Source: Arcobacteraceae bacterium | Lineage (GTDB): Bacteria > Campylobacterota > Campylobacteria > Campylobacterales > Arcobacteraceae | Length of the DNA: 64,000 nucleotides | Reading direction: 5' to 3' | Assembly (NCBI GenBank): GCA_048268245.1 | Contig: JBLWVX010000003.1 | Span: forward strand, 1 to 64,000 | Part shown: positions 39,911-49,649 of the stretch, piece by piece | How positions within the stretch are numbered: position 1 is the first letter of the stretch | Layout: each line of letters begins with the position of its first letter | Notes under the pieces: model-generated | Database searches by the model: none | Told to the model about the DNA's origin: nothing | The model's input: only the letters and a program-made list of their open reading frames with translations | Made by a program: the position numbers and the translations under genes

Positions 39911-40483
39911 TTAGTTAACTTTTTCTTTTATACCTTGAACATCAATTAGAAGTTTTACATTATTACTCACTGCAACACCACCCATTTCTAAGGCTTTGTT
40001 CCATTTAATACCATAGTCTTGTCTATTAATTTTTCCTTCAAGAGAAAAACCTGCTCTTTCATTTCCCCAAGGATCTTTTACTGTAGAAATTTCATTTATA
40101 TCTAAAGCAATATTTTTTGTGATACCTCTTAATGTGAAATCACCATAAGCTTTACCATTTTCAACTTTAGTAAGTTTAAATTTAATTTCTGGGAACTTTT
40201 TAGCTGCAAATAATTCTTCTTCTTTTAAGTGTTCGTCTCTTTCTTTATCTGCTGTGTTAATTGAAGCAACCTTTATTGTTGCATTTAAATTTTTTAATTT
40301 TTTAGTTTTCTCATCATAAATAAATGAACCATCAAAATTATCAAACGAACCTTTTACATTTGAAATCATCATGTGTTTTACTTGGAATCCTACGTTAGTA
40401 TGGCTTTTATCTACTTTATATGTGCCTGCAAATAAAGACCCTACTAATAAAACACTTGATAATAATAGTCTATCTAATTTCAT
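39911..40483 (-). CDS. YceI family periplasmic polyisoprenoid-binding protein
   Basis: Signal peptide, D.SHT.V.F.VKH, SINT..RDEHL, INRQDYG. Confidence 0.92.
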   Translation of the reverse strand: MKLDRLLLSSVLLVGSLFAGTYKVDKSHTNVGFQVKHMMISNVKGSFDNFDGSFIYDEKTKKLKNLNATIKVASINTADKERDEHLKEEELFAAKKFPEIKFKLTKVENGKAYGDFTLRGITKNIALDINEISTVKDPWGNERAGFSLEGKINRQDYGIKWNKALEMGGVAVSNNVKLLIDVQGIKEKVN

Positions 40484-40556
40484 ATATAATCCTTTTTGAT
40501 TTTAATTATCAGAATTATAAGTGCAATACGCTTAAATTATCTTGAATGATATTTTA

Positions 40557-41375
40557 TTATAACCAAATATTATCAAGAAGTCTTGTATTTCCAAATCTTG
40601 CAACTACTAGAATTACTGTATTTTTAAGCTCAATAGTTTCTATTTCATTAAACTCTTTATCAACTATTGCTACATACTCCACATCAAGACTTGACATAAC
40701 CTCATAGATTTTATCTTTTACTTTTTTTACATCAAGTTCACCTTTTGCTATAAGTGAAGCAGCATTATAAAGTGACTTTGAAATAAGTAGAGCATCTTTT
40801 CTTTGAGTTTCATCAAGATATACATTTCTTGAACTCATAGCAAGTCCATCTTTTTCTCTTATAATATCACAAGGTACTATATTTATAGGTAAGAAAAGGT
40901 TTTTAACCATTTGTTCTATAAGTGATAGTTGTTGAGCGTCTTTTTTCCCAAAGTAAGCGTTTGTTGGTTGAACTAAACCAAATAGTTTTAAAACTACTTG
41001 TAAAACACCATCAAAGTGTCCTGGTCTAGTTTTCCCTTCTAACATATAGCTTTTATTTGGAGCTTTTATTAAAATCTCTTCACTACCATACATAGTAGAT
41101 ATCTCAGGCATAAATACATAATCAACCTTGCACATTTCACAGATTTTTTTATCTGCTTCATCACGTCTAGGATATGCGTCTAAATCCTCACCTGGAAGAA
41201 ATTGTGTAGGGTTTACAAAGATAGATACTATAACTATCTCATTTTCTTCTCTTGCTTTTTTGATTAAAGAGATGTGTCCATCATGTAAAGCTCCCATTGT
41301 TGGAACAAATCCAACTGTTGAGTTAATATTTTTTCTAACTTCTTGTAACTCGTCTATAGTTTTTAAAACTTTCAA
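40557..41375 (-). CDS. panC: Pantoate--beta-alanine ligase
   Basis: FVPTMGALHDGH, FVNPTQF, RPGHFDGV, FGKKD, GLAMSSRN, RLLDN. Confidence 0.97.
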   Translation of the reverse strand: MKVLKTIDELQEVRKNINSTVGFVPTMGALHDGHISLIKKAREENEIVIVSIFVNPTQFLPGEDLDAYPRRDEADKKICEMCKVDYVFMPEISTMYGSEEILIKAPNKSYMLEGKTRPGHFDGVLQVVLKLFGLVQPTNAYFGKKDAQQLSLIEQMVKNLFLPINIVPCDIIREKDGLAMSSRNVYLDETQRKDALLISKSLYNAASLIAKGELDVKKVKDKIYEVMSSLDVEYVAIVDKEFNEIETIELKNTVILVVARFGNTRLLDNIWL

Positions 41376-41398
41376 TTATGTTTCCTTAATTAAATTTT

Positions 41399-42358
41399 TT
41401 ATTTTCCATCATAGTTTGGGTTTAATTTTAGCAAGAATAAATCTGCTAGGATATTTCCAAGTAGTGTTAAAAACGCTCCGATGATTAATATTCCCATAAT
41501 AACAGGATAGTCATGAGCTAAAGCACTTTGAAAAAATAAAAGTCCCATTCCATCAATTGAAAAAATTGTTTCAAGTATTACTGAACCACCAATAATTCCT
41601 GGAAGTGATAATCCAAGTAGTGTAATAACTGGTGGATATAGATTTGGTAAGATATAGTATCTTAGAATTTGTTTGTTATTTAAACCTCTTGCCTTTGCAA
41701 AGAAAATATAATCTGACTTTAAAATCTCAATAGTCAATGATCTAATATATAAAGTCAAGCTTCCAATTCCACTAAATATTATGATTGAAATAGGAAGTAT
41801 TAAGTGCCATGCAAAATCTAAATAGTAAGTTAAACTTCCATCATCTGGTACGGAGTGTAAGCCTGCTATTGGTAAAACTTCAAAGTTTATAGCAAAAATT
41901 AAAACTAAAAGTAAGGCTAAATAAAAAGATGGCATAGAAAAACTAAGAAGCGATAATTGTCCTGTGAATCTATCAAAAAAACTATTTTTATTTAATGCTG
42001 CTTTTATTCCAAGATAAAGTGAAATAAAGAAGATAAATACCATTGAGATTATATTTATCGTAAGTGTGATTGGAATTCTACTTAATATCTCTTCTTTAAC
42101 TTGTGAACCACTTGCAAATGAAATACCAAAATCAAGTTGAACCATAGCTATAAGCCATGAAAAATACTGTACATATAAAGGTTTGTCTAAACCATAAATA
42201 GCTTTTAATTGAGCGATTGATTCTTCTGTGATATTAGGATTTAACTGCCCACTTGCAAAAAAAGAGTTTGGAGCTGCATTTATAGCTATAAATGAAATCA
42301 AACTAATTATAAAAAGCATGATGATAAGATATAACAGCTTTCGTATGAACAGTTTCAT
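41399..42358 (-). CDS. ABC transporter permease, DppB/OppB family
   Basis: YGLDKPL..QY, DFG.SF, HLILP, DYI..AKARGL, LETIF..GMG; no partner genes adjacent. Confidence 0.9.
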   Translation of the reverse strand: MKLFIRKLLYLIIMLFIISLISFIAINAAPNSFFASGQLNPNITEESIAQLKAIYGLDKPLYVQYFSWLIAMVQLDFGISFASGSQVKEEILSRIPITLTINIISMVFIFFISLYLGIKAALNKNSFFDRFTGQLSLLSFSMPSFYLALLLVLIFAINFEVLPIAGLHSVPDDGSLTYYLDFAWHLILPISIIIFSGIGSLTLYIRSLTIEILKSDYIFFAKARGLNNKQILRYYILPNLYPPVITLLGLSLPGIIGGSVILETIFSIDGMGLLFFQSALAHDYPVIMGILIIGAFLTLLGNILADLFLLKLNPNYDGK

Positions 42359-42526
42359 AAGTGTTAAATCTCCCCCATTTATAGACTTTTGAAAATAAAA
42401 ATAATTTTTTATATTGTTTTTTACTATATTTTCAATTATATCGTAAGTTTAGTAATTTAAAAATGGTATTCTAGCATTTTTTTAATATAAAGATTATAAG
42501 GGATGAGAAGATTTATAAGAGTAGTA

Positions 42527-42564
42527 ATTATTAAGAGAGATTTATTTTAGTCTCTCTTAATAAT
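42527..42564. terminator. Hairpin downstream of the lipoprotein operon
   Basis: ATTATTAAGAGAGA / TCTCTCTTAATAAT 14-bp stem. Confidence 0.6.
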
Positions 42565-42587
42565 ATCAATAAAATGCTACAAAAAAA

Positions 42588-43253
42588 CTATTTTAGTTGT
42601 AAGTCTTTATTAAAGTTTGGTGAGTAATTTCCATATAAAATACAATCATTGCAATCTGTTGCAAATAAAATATTGTTTGCAATCATTGAAGTTTTGTATG
42701 CTTGGTCACTTGATTCGTTTACAATTTGAGTAACTACAGCACTAACTAACATACCAATTATACCACCGCCTCCATCTCCAGAAGATTTCACAAATTTAGA
42801 GTTTTTATTCCAAATAGTTTTTCCACTATGTAAATCTACTAATTTAGCTTCTAATTCTATTTCCGTTTTACTAGATAAAACAGTATAGTTATTACCATAT
42901 TTTTTAACATTTATGTAAAGTACAGAATCTGCTCCAAAAATCTCTTTTAATTTTTCTAAAGAAACATTTCTAATTTCTTTTGCTTCATATACTCCATTAT
43001 GTTTAAATGTCTCATTTACTAATGCTGGTGGGAAAACATAATAACCAGCTTCACTTAAAGGCAAAATTGAATTCGCAAGTGTAGCTGAGCTACCTTTTAT
43101 ATCTAAAGATTCATTTGTAGGTAGTACAACTAAAATAGACTTAGGCTTATTTTTAATAAAAGAGCTATAATCATATAATTCTTGATTTTTAGCACAACCT
43201 GACAAAAATATCATCACAGTGATTGAAAATATAATAGTAAAAATATTTTTCAT
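42588..43253 (-). CDS. DUF799-like lipoprotein
   Basis: Lipobox LSGC, PKSILV.LP.NES, PLSEAGYYVFP, FGADSVLY. Confidence 0.8.
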   Translation of the reverse strand: MKNIFTIIFSITVMIFLSGCAKNQELYDYSSFIKNKPKSILVVLPTNESLDIKGSSATLANSILPLSEAGYYVFPPALVNETFKHNGVYEAKEIRNVSLEKLKEIFGADSVLYINVKKYGNNYTVLSSKTEIELEAKLVDLHSGKTIWNKNSKFVKSSGDGGGGIIGMLVSAVVTQIVNESSDQAYKTSMIANNILFATDCNDCILYGNYSPNFNKDLQLK

Positions 43254-43609
43254 TATTTCACGCCTTTATTTTTTAAAAAAGTAATATATTGTTTTGATTC
43301 AGGAAACATTTCTATTTCTTTATTTAAATTCATTATTGATTTAGAATTATTTCCAACTTTAGAATACAAAAGTCCTAATTGTGCATATAACCCTGGAGCA
43401 ATTTTTTTCTTATTTGTATAACTATCTTGTATAATTTTTTCTAAATTAGAGATTTGTGTATTTATATCACCTTCTTCATTTATTGATTCATATACTGAAT
43501 CAATATAGGCTCTATCCCAGTGATAAATGTTTTGCTTGGCTGCACTACCACAACCAGTAAATAAAACTACTGAAATACTTATTATAAAAGTATTAATAAA
43601 GAATTTCAT
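43253..43609 (-). CDS. DUF4810-like small lipoprotein
   Basis: Lipobox FTGC, Y.W..Y, PGLYAQLGLLY, E..FPES. Confidence 0.8.
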   Translation of the reverse strand: MKFFINTFIISISVVLFTGCGSAAKQNIYHWDRAYIDSVYESINEEGDINTQISNLEKIIQDSYTNKKKIAPGLYAQLGLLYSKVGNNSKSIMNLNKEIEMFPESKQYITFLKNKGVK

Positions 43610-43622
43610 TTATAATACCTTC

Positions 43623-44270
43623 TTAGTGAATTTTTTTTGCTAAATTATTTACTGCTTCATTAATTGCTAAACTTAAAACTTTGTCATTTAAAGTCGCATC
43701 ATAACCAGCTGTTCCACCAAAGCCAATAATTTCTCTATTTGATAATGTAAATTCTCCTGCACCTTGAGATGAATATACTACAGCTGTACTATTAACATCA
43801 ATAACATTTAAATTAACTTTTGCATAAGCTACTTGTTTTTTACCTTTTCCAAGTATTCCAAAAAACTGGTGATCTCCCACTGTTTTTCTACCAAATTCTA
43901 CTACATCTCCTGATATAACATATTTAGCACCTTTTATATTTTGATTTACTTTTGAAAAGTTACTTTCTTGTTTTAATGCAGTTAAATTTGTTCTATCAAG
44001 AACTAAAAAATGACCACTTTGTTGTAAACTTGTAGTTAATATTGTTTGAGCTTGATTTCCTAATCTATCTTTTCCATTTGAAAATATACCATTGTTGTAT
44101 GCAGATCTATTATCAAATCTACCAATTGAAATTATCATTTTTTCACCATTATATAGTACTCTTTCGGCTTTATTTTCTGGTACTTTTATAGATTGTGAAC
44201 TTTCTGTTGCACAACCACTAAATAGTGTAATTAAAGCTGTAGTTATTAAAGCAACTTTTAATTTTGACAT
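43623..44270 (-). CDS. CsgG/HfaB family lipoprotein
   Basis: Lipobox FSGC, GRFDNRS, F.VLDR, GDVVEFGRK, YSSQGAGE. Confidence 0.85.
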   Translation of the reverse strand: MSKLKVALITTALITLFSGCATESSQSIKVPENKAERVLYNGEKMIISIGRFDNRSAYNNGIFSNGKDRLGNQAQTILTTSLQQSGHFLVLDRTNLTALKQESNFSKVNQNIKGAKYVISGDVVEFGRKTVGDHQFFGILGKGKKQVAYAKVNLNVIDVNSTAVVYSSQGAGEFTLSNREIIGFGGTAGYDATLNDKVLSLAINEAVNNLAKKIH

Positions 44271-44404
44271 TATTTTATCTCCTTGGATTATTTTATTATT
44301 TTTATTTTACCTAAAATAGAATTAATTATTGTGTAAAATAATTTGTATATAATTTATGTGAAACAACGCTATAATTATTAAATTGAATAAATAGGTTAAA
44401 AAGA

Positions 44405-44755
44405 ATGATAGGTATAGATGTAGCTTCTGTTGATAGAATAAAAAGAATGTATGAGAAGTTTGGAAGAAAGGCTTATGAAAGATTTTTAGATGATGAAGAA
44501 ATAGAACTTATAAAAAGACCTGAAAGTGCTGCTGGTTTTTGGGCTGCTAAAGAGGCTGCTTCAAAGGCTTTAGGTACAGGTATTGGTAAGAAATGTGGTT
44601 TTCATGATATTAAAATCAAAAAGTCAAAGCTTGGTGCTCCAAAAATAAAGTATAAAAAAGAAATAAGAAAAAAATATAAGATTAAAAAGTCTTATTTATC
44701 TATCACTCATGACCAAGGTTTAGCAATTGCAGTGGTTCACAACACTAAAAAATAG
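44405..44755 (+). CDS. acpS: Holo-[ACP] synthase
   Basis: IGIDV, WAAKEA.SKALGTG, LSITHD. Confidence 0.95.
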   Translation: MIGIDVASVDRIKRMYEKFGRKAYERFLDDEEIELIKRPESAAGFWAAKEAASKALGTGIGKKCGFHDIKIKKSKLGAPKIKYKKEIRKKYKIKKSYLSITHDQGLAIAVVHNTKK

Positions 44756-44788
44756 AGTTTAAACTTGAAGTTTTAGAGATATTTAGTA

Positions 44789-45169
44789 TTAGTTTTTTGC
44801 TAAATATCTCTCTAGTATTATTTTTGCAGCAAGGGAGTCAACTCTTCCATCTCTTTTGTATTTGATTTCACCTTTCATCATATCTTCTGCCTCGATCGAG
44901 CTCATATTCTCTTCTTGAAATTCATAAGGTATATCAAGTTCTAGTAGTTTTACAAAGTGATTGATTCTTTTTTGCATATCTTCACTTGCACTTGGAAAGC
45001 CAACTATTAATTTCTCTATTTCCCACTCTTTTAAAAAAGCATTTACATCATTTGAGGCTTGATTTCTATTTTTTCGCAGAATTGCTTCTTGTGGTGTTAC
45101 TATGTTTGAGCTAACACAGATTGCAATTCCTATTCTTTTAAGTCCTATATCAATGCAAGCAAGTTTCAA
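44789..45169 (-). CDS. ruvX: YqgF/RuvX family pre-16S rRNA nuclease
   Basis: IDIGLKRIGIA, VG.P, EE..SS..A, VDSLAA.IILE. Confidence 0.92.
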   Translation of the reverse strand: MKLACIDIGLKRIGIAICVSSNIVTPQEAILRKNRNQASNDVNAFLKEWEIEKLIVGFPSASEDMQKRINHFVKLLELDIPYEFQEENMSSIEAEDMMKGEIKYKRDGRVDSLAAKIILERYLAKN

Positions 45170-45234
45170 TCAGTTTCCTTTAGTTAATTTTAGATATTAT
45201 TATAACCTTTAAAGAATAAAACTAGGGAAAATTA

Positions 45235-45855
45235 ATGAAATTAGCTGTATTTGATTTTGATTCAACACTTATGGATGGAGAAACAATTGACTTTCTTGCA
45301 AAGCCTTTAGGATTAGAGGAAAAAGTTGCAGGAATCACTGAAAAAGCAATGGCTGGAGAGTTAGACTTTTTTGAATCTTTAATTGAAAGAGTATCTTTAC
45401 TTAAGGGTTTAGAATATTCAAAAGCTGTTGAGATTTGTAAAGATTTACCTTTAATGCCAGGTGCTTATGAAATTATTCCTGAACTTAAAAAAATGGGATA
45501 TAAGGTTGTATGTTTTTCAGGTGGGTTTAGAATAGGAACATCACCTGCTAAAGATAAACTTGGACTTGATGCAGACTTTTCAAATGTACTACATGAAAGA
45601 GATGGTATTTTAACTGGACTTGTTGGTGGAGATATGATGTTTGGATATTCAAAAGGTGATATGATTCAAAGATTACAAAATATTTTAGGTGTTTCAAAAG
45701 CTGATACTTTAGTATGTGGTGATGGTGCAAATGATTTATCAATGTTCGCTCACGCTGACACTAGAGTTGCTTTTTGTGCTAAAGAAGTATTAAAGAAAGA
45801 AGCTAATATTATAGTTGACACAAAAGATTTAACAAAAATCTTAGATAATTTATAA
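45235..45855 (+). CDS. serB: Phosphoserine phosphatase
   Basis: FDFDSTL..ETID, AMAGELDF, SGGF, GDGANDL. Confidence 0.95.
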   Translation: MKLAVFDFDSTLMDGETIDFLAKPLGLEEKVAGITEKAMAGELDFFESLIERVSLLKGLEYSKAVEICKDLPLMPGAYEIIPELKKMGYKVVCFSGGFRIGTSPAKDKLGLDADFSNVLHERDGILTGLVGGDMMFGYSKGDMIQRLQNILGVSKADTLVCGDGANDLSMFAHADTRVAFCAKEVLKKEANIIVDTKDLTKILDNL

Positions 45856-45866
45856 GGGATATAAAC

Positions 45867-46859
45867 ATGAGTTTAAAAGAAGACATTAACTACTCTTTAT
45901 GGTGTGATTTTATTGAAAGAGATTTCTTAGAAAATAGATTCCAAGAGATTATAAAAGATGAAGTAATACAAGGTGCTACTTCAAATCCTGCGATTTTTGC
46001 ATCATCTATTACTAACTCTGTTGCATATAAACAACAACTTGATATGTTACAAGCAAATAATGCAAAAACAATCTATGAAGAGTTAGCTCTAACTGATATA
46101 AAAAGAGCTGCTTGTTTACTTGATGAATTACATAAAAACGATGCTGATGATGGATTTATCTCTATTGAAGTTGACCCAACACTTTGTGACGATGCTCAAG
46201 GTACTATAGAAGAGGGTGTTAGATTACACAACTCAATTGGTGTTGATAATGTAATGATTAAAGTTCCTGCAACACAAGCTGGGTACATTGCAATGAGAGA
46301 GTTAACATCAAAGGGTATTCATGTAAATGCAACACTTATTTTCTCAGTTGAACAAGCTATTAAATGTGCACAAGCTTTAGATGAGGGAATAAAAGAATCA
46401 AACAAAGATATTAAAGCTGTAATTTCTGTATTTGTTTCAAGATTTGATAGATTGTGTGATGGTGATTTTGCTTCAAAAGGTTTAGAAACTTCAAAACTTG
46501 GAATTATAAATGCAACAAAATGTTACCATGAAGTAAATAAATTTGAAAATAAAAACATAAGAACACTATTTGCAAGTACTGGTGTAAAAGGTGATGAATT
46601 AGCACCATCTTACTATGTAGATAATTTAATCTATCCAAACTCAGTAAATACTGCTCCTTTAGCAACTATTGAAGACTGGCTACAAGTTGGAGTAAAAGAG
46701 CAATCAGATATTATGACTGAAAAACAGTGTGATGAATACTTCGAATTATTAGAAGAAAAAGGTGTTAAAATGAATGACATCTATGAGAAACTTTTAATAG
46801 AAGGACTTGATGCATTTAAAGTATCATTTAAAGAACTTCTTTCTAAATTAGTAGCATAA
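45867..46859 (+). CDS. tal: Transaldolase
   Basis: GATSNPAIF, SIEVDP, MIKVPAT, VNATLIFS, FVSRFD, LFASTGVK, VNTAP. Confidence 0.95.
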   Translation: MSLKEDINYSLWCDFIERDFLENRFQEIIKDEVIQGATSNPAIFASSITNSVAYKQQLDMLQANNAKTIYEELALTDIKRAACLLDELHKNDADDGFISIEVDPTLCDDAQGTIEEGVRLHNSIGVDNVMIKVPATQAGYIAMRELTSKGIHVNATLIFSVEQAIKCAQALDEGIKESNKDIKAVISVFVSRFDRLCDGDFASKGLETSKLGIINATKCYHEVNKFENKNIRTLFASTGVKGDELAPSYYVDNLIYPNSVNTAPLATIEDWLQVGVKEQSDIMTEKQCDEYFELLEEKGVKMNDIYEKLLIEGLDAFKVSFKELLSKLVA

Positions 46860-46865
46860 AATTTA

Positions 46866-46890
46866 GGCATATTAGTAATTCTAATATGCC
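46866..46890 (+). terminator. Hairpin after tal
   Basis: GGCATATTAG-TAATT-CTAATATGCC. Confidence 0.55.
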
Positions 46891-47004
46891 AAACCTTACA
46901 TAAACCCCTATAGTAGTTACAATTTAGTAACAAAACAAACTTTTTTTATTAAGTATAGTTTGGATAAAATCACTTATTATTAAATAAACAACAAAGGCAA
47001 AGAA

Positions 47005-48369
47005 ATGAAAAATTGGAATCCAAGTAGTTGGAGAGATTTTCCAATCAAACAACAACCAACATATAATGACTTAGAAAAGTTAAAGAAAGTAGAGAATGAA
47101 TTAGCTTCATATCCACCTTTAATTTTTGCTGGTGAAGCTTTAAGTCTAAAAAATAAGTTAGCAGACGTTGTAAATGGAAAGGCTTTTCTTTTACAAGGAG
47201 GAGATTGTGCTGAATCATTTGCTTCATTTGATGCAAATAACATTAAAGACTTATTTAAAGTTATGATGCAAATGGCAGTAGTTTTAACTTTCTCTGGTGG
47301 ATGTCCTGTTGTAAAAGTTGGACGAGTTGCAGGTCAATTTGCAAAGCCAAGAAGTGCAGATTTTGAAGAAATAAATGGTATTTCTTTACCTTCATATAGA
47401 GGTGATATTGTAAATGATATGGACTTTACAGAAAAAGCAAGAAATCCAAAAGCTAAGAAATTACTAAAAGCTTACAATCAAAGTGCTGCAACAATGAACC
47501 TTTTAAGAGCATTCTCAAGAGGTGGTATGGCAGATTTAAATCAAGTTCAATTATGGAATTTAGGTTTCTTAAAAGACCATGAATTAGATGAAAGATATCA
47601 AGATGTATCAAATAGAATTTCAGAAGCACTTAACTTTATGAAATCATGTGGTATTACAAGTAAAAATACTGCTCAATTAAGTGAAACATCACTATTTACT
47701 TCACATGAAGCACTTTTACTTAACTATGAAGAAGCCCTTACAAGAAAAGATTCAATCACGGGTGATTGGTTTAACTGTGCTGCTCATATGTTATGGATTG
47801 GTGATAGAACAAGAGATTTAAAAGATGCTCATATTGAGTATTTTAGAGGTATTAAAAACCCAATTGGATGTAAAGTTGGCCCTTCTATGAAAGAAGATGA
47901 ATTAATTCAATTAATTGATAAATTAAATCCAGAAAATGAAGCAGGAAGATTAAATCTTATTGTTAGAATGGGTGCAAATAAAATTGAAGATCATTTCCCT
48001 AAATTATTAGCAAGAGTTAAAAAAGAAGGGAAAAATGTATTATGGTCATCTGATCCAATGCATGGAAATACAATCAAAACTGATAATGGTTATAAAACAA
48101 GAGATTTTGAAGCAATTTTAAGTGAAGTTAGAAAATTTTTCCAAATTCATAGAGCAGAGGGTACATATGCAGGGGGTATTCACTTAGAAATGACGGGACA
48201 AGATGTAACTGAATGTACAGGAAGTGCAAGTTCTGCTATTACAAAAGAAGGATTAGCAAGTAGATACCATACTCAATGTGATCCAAGATTAAATGCTGAC
48301 CAAGCTTTAGAATTAGCATTTATGATTGCTGATACACTAAAAGAAGCAAGAAAAGATATAATAGTTTAA
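47005..48369 (+). CDS. Class II DAHP synthase (3-deoxy-7-phosphoheptulonate synthase)
   Basis: [46 protein letters not shown]. Confidence 0.96.
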   Translation: MKNWNPSSWRDFPIKQQPTYNDLEKLKKVENELASYPPLIFAGEALSLKNKLADVVNGKAFLLQGGDCAESFASFDANNIKDLFKVMMQMAVVLTFSGGCPVVKVGRVAGQFAKPRSADFEEINGISLPSYRGDIVNDMDFTEKARNPKAKKLLKAYNQSAATMNLLRAFSRGGMADLNQVQLWNLGFLKDHELDERYQDVSNRISEALNFMKSCGITSKNTAQLSETSLFTSHEALLLNYEEALTRKDSITGDWFNCAAHMLWIGDRTRDLKDAHIEYFRGIKNPIGCKVGPSMKEDELIQLIDKLNPENEAGRLNLIVRMGANKIEDHFPKLLARVKKEGKNVLWSSDPMHGNTIKTDNGYKTRDFEAILSEVRKFFQIHRAEGTYAGGIHLEMTGQDVTECTGSASSAITKEGLASRYHTQCDPRLNADQALELAFMIADTLKEARKDIIV

Positions 48370-48391
48370 TTTATATCTTTTTAAAGGGCAT

Positions 48392-48430
48392 AAAAAAAGG
48401 AAAGAAGTTTAACTTCTTTCCTTTTTTTTT
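48392..48430. terminator. Bidirectional intrinsic terminator
   Basis: A-tract, GGAAAGAAGTT-T-AACTTCTTTCC, T-tract; lies between the DAHP synthase and the convergent ArsC/Spx gene. Confidence 0.85.
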
Positions 48431-48770
48431 ATAAAAATTTTTCTTTATATTCCTCTTCATTAAAACCAACAACTACATCATCACTTAGTTCAACTATAGG
48501 TCTTTTTAAAAGCATTGGCTCTTTACATAGCCACTCAAACTTACCTTGTTCATCAAGATTAAGCTCTTTTAACTTTAAACTTCTATATTTAGTTCCTCTA
48601 CTATTGAAAACTAAATCAATACCCGCTTTTTCAATCCAAAACTCGATAGAAGTTGAAGTAGGTGTTTCTTTTTTAGTATCAAAGAATTCTACTTCTATAT
48701 TGTTGTCCTTAAAAAACCTTAAGGCTTTTCTAACAGAGTTTCAGGTTTTAATTCCATAAACCTTAAACAT
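48429..48770 (-). CDS. ArsC/Spx/YffB-family thioredoxin-fold protein with in-frame UGA at codon 10 (candidate selenoprotein); absent from the ORF track
   Basis: RBS AAGGA, ATG at 48770: MFKVYGIKT[UGA]NSVRKALRFFKDNNIEVEFFD...P.LLKRPIVE...VVGFNEEEYKEKFL*, 113 codons, otherwise open. Confidence 0.85.
48701..48740 (-). promoter_or_regulatory. Candidate bacterial SECIS hairpin
   Basis: After UGA: ..UGUU-AGAAAAG-CCUUAA-[GGUUUU]-UUAAGG-AC-AACA; the apical loop starts with G, 22 nt after the UGA. Confidence 0.55.
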
Positions 48771-48787
48771 TGTTTTCCTTTTATTTA

Positions 48788-49078
48788 CTACTCAATAATC
48801 TTTGGAACTTTAAAGTATCCATCTTCTGACTCAGGAGCATTTTTTAAAATATGATTAGATAACTCTAAATCTTGTTTTGCAACATCTTCTCTTAAAGGTG
48901 TTCCACCTTCAACAGTGCTAAATGTAGCTTCAATTTTTGATACATCAATTTCATTTAAATTTTCAACAAAGTTAATAATATCAGCTAGTTCAGATTTTAA
49001 GTTCTCTTTTCTTGACTCATCAATCTCTAAACTAGAAAGTCTTGATAATTTCTCAATTAGTTTATCATCTACAGTCAT
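48788..49078 (-). CDS. gatC: Asp/Glu-tRNA amidotransferase subunit C
   Basis: LSRLSSL, I..FVE.L.E.D, TPLRED, NAP..DGYFKVPKIIE. Confidence 0.95.
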   Translation of the reverse strand: MTVDDKLIEKLSRLSSLEIDESRKENLKSELADIINFVENLNEIDVSKIEATFSTVEGGTPLREDVAKQDLELSNHILKNAPESEDGYFKVPKIIE

Positions 49079-49300
49079 AGTTTTCCTTATTCTTGTATAT
49101 AAAGGCGATTATATCTAAAAAGAGTTTGTAGAGGCTTTAAAGAGTAGTTATGAAAGATATATAGCTAAAATACAATAATTTTGATGATAATAAATAATAA
49201 AGTTATAAAAGTTATTTATTTAATTGTAAATAATACTTTTATGATACTTTTAAGTAATACTTAAGAATATATGTGTAACAATTACAGTAACGACATATAT

Positions 49301-49374
49301 TAGTGATAGCCAAACTTATCGTGAGGTAGGGACGGAAAGCCACGGATCTTGATGAAGATAGCCGGGTTGCATTC
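49301..49374 (+). ncRNA. c-di-GMP-I (GEMM-I) riboswitch in the 5' leader of the flp/tad operon
   Basis: GCCAAAC-TTATC[GTGA]GGTAG-GGACGGAAAGCC-ACGG-ATCT[TGATGA]AGAT-AGCCGGGTTGC matches the GEMM-I pattern (GNRA-capped P2, GACGNAAAGC, AGCCG.GTT.C); GC-rich island in AT-rich intergenic DNA. Confidence 0.88.
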
Positions 49375-49454
49375 TTATTTATTATTTAATTAAAATTGCA
49401 ATACTGACTACTTAACTAAAATTATTTTATACTTATCAAAACAAGGAGAACAAA

Positions 49455-49649
49455 ATGTTAGATTTCTTAAAAAGAAGATTAAAAAGTGAAAAAGGTGCAA
49501 TGGATAAAATTCTTGTAACTTTATTATTAGTTATTGTTGGTGTTGGAGCAGTTGTTGGTTTAAATACTTGGGTTGATGGTGAAAAAACAAAAGTTGAAAC
49601 AGCAGCTACAAATAAAATCACTGAAGTAACTGGTTCTACTTCTGAGTAG
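49455..49649 (+). CDS. flp: Flp-type major pilin (non-canonical)
   Basis: 64 aa, strong AAGGAG RBS, basic leader ending SEKG, then hydrophobic helix; first gene of the tad locus. Confidence 0.8.
   Translation: MLDFLKRRLKSEKGAMDKILVTLLLVIVGVGAVVGLNTWVDGEKTKVETAATNKITEVTGSTSE

Noticed and set aside
43623..44270. Curli biogenesis locus
   Set aside because: No csgA/B/E/F-like genes; the neighbours form the non-curli lipoprotein triplet.
48429..48770. Treating the ArsC/Spx gene as a simple nonsense pseudogene
   Set aside because: Disfavoured but not excluded: the single stop is UGA at the catalytic Cys column, the rest of the frame, RBS and terminator are intact, and a SECIS-like hairpin follows.
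49301..49374. 3'3'-cGAMP (GEMM-Ib) riboswitch variant
   Set aside because: It shares the C-G P2 base and compact P3 with those variants, but the discriminating position aligns to G (49309), not A. The alignment was by eye.
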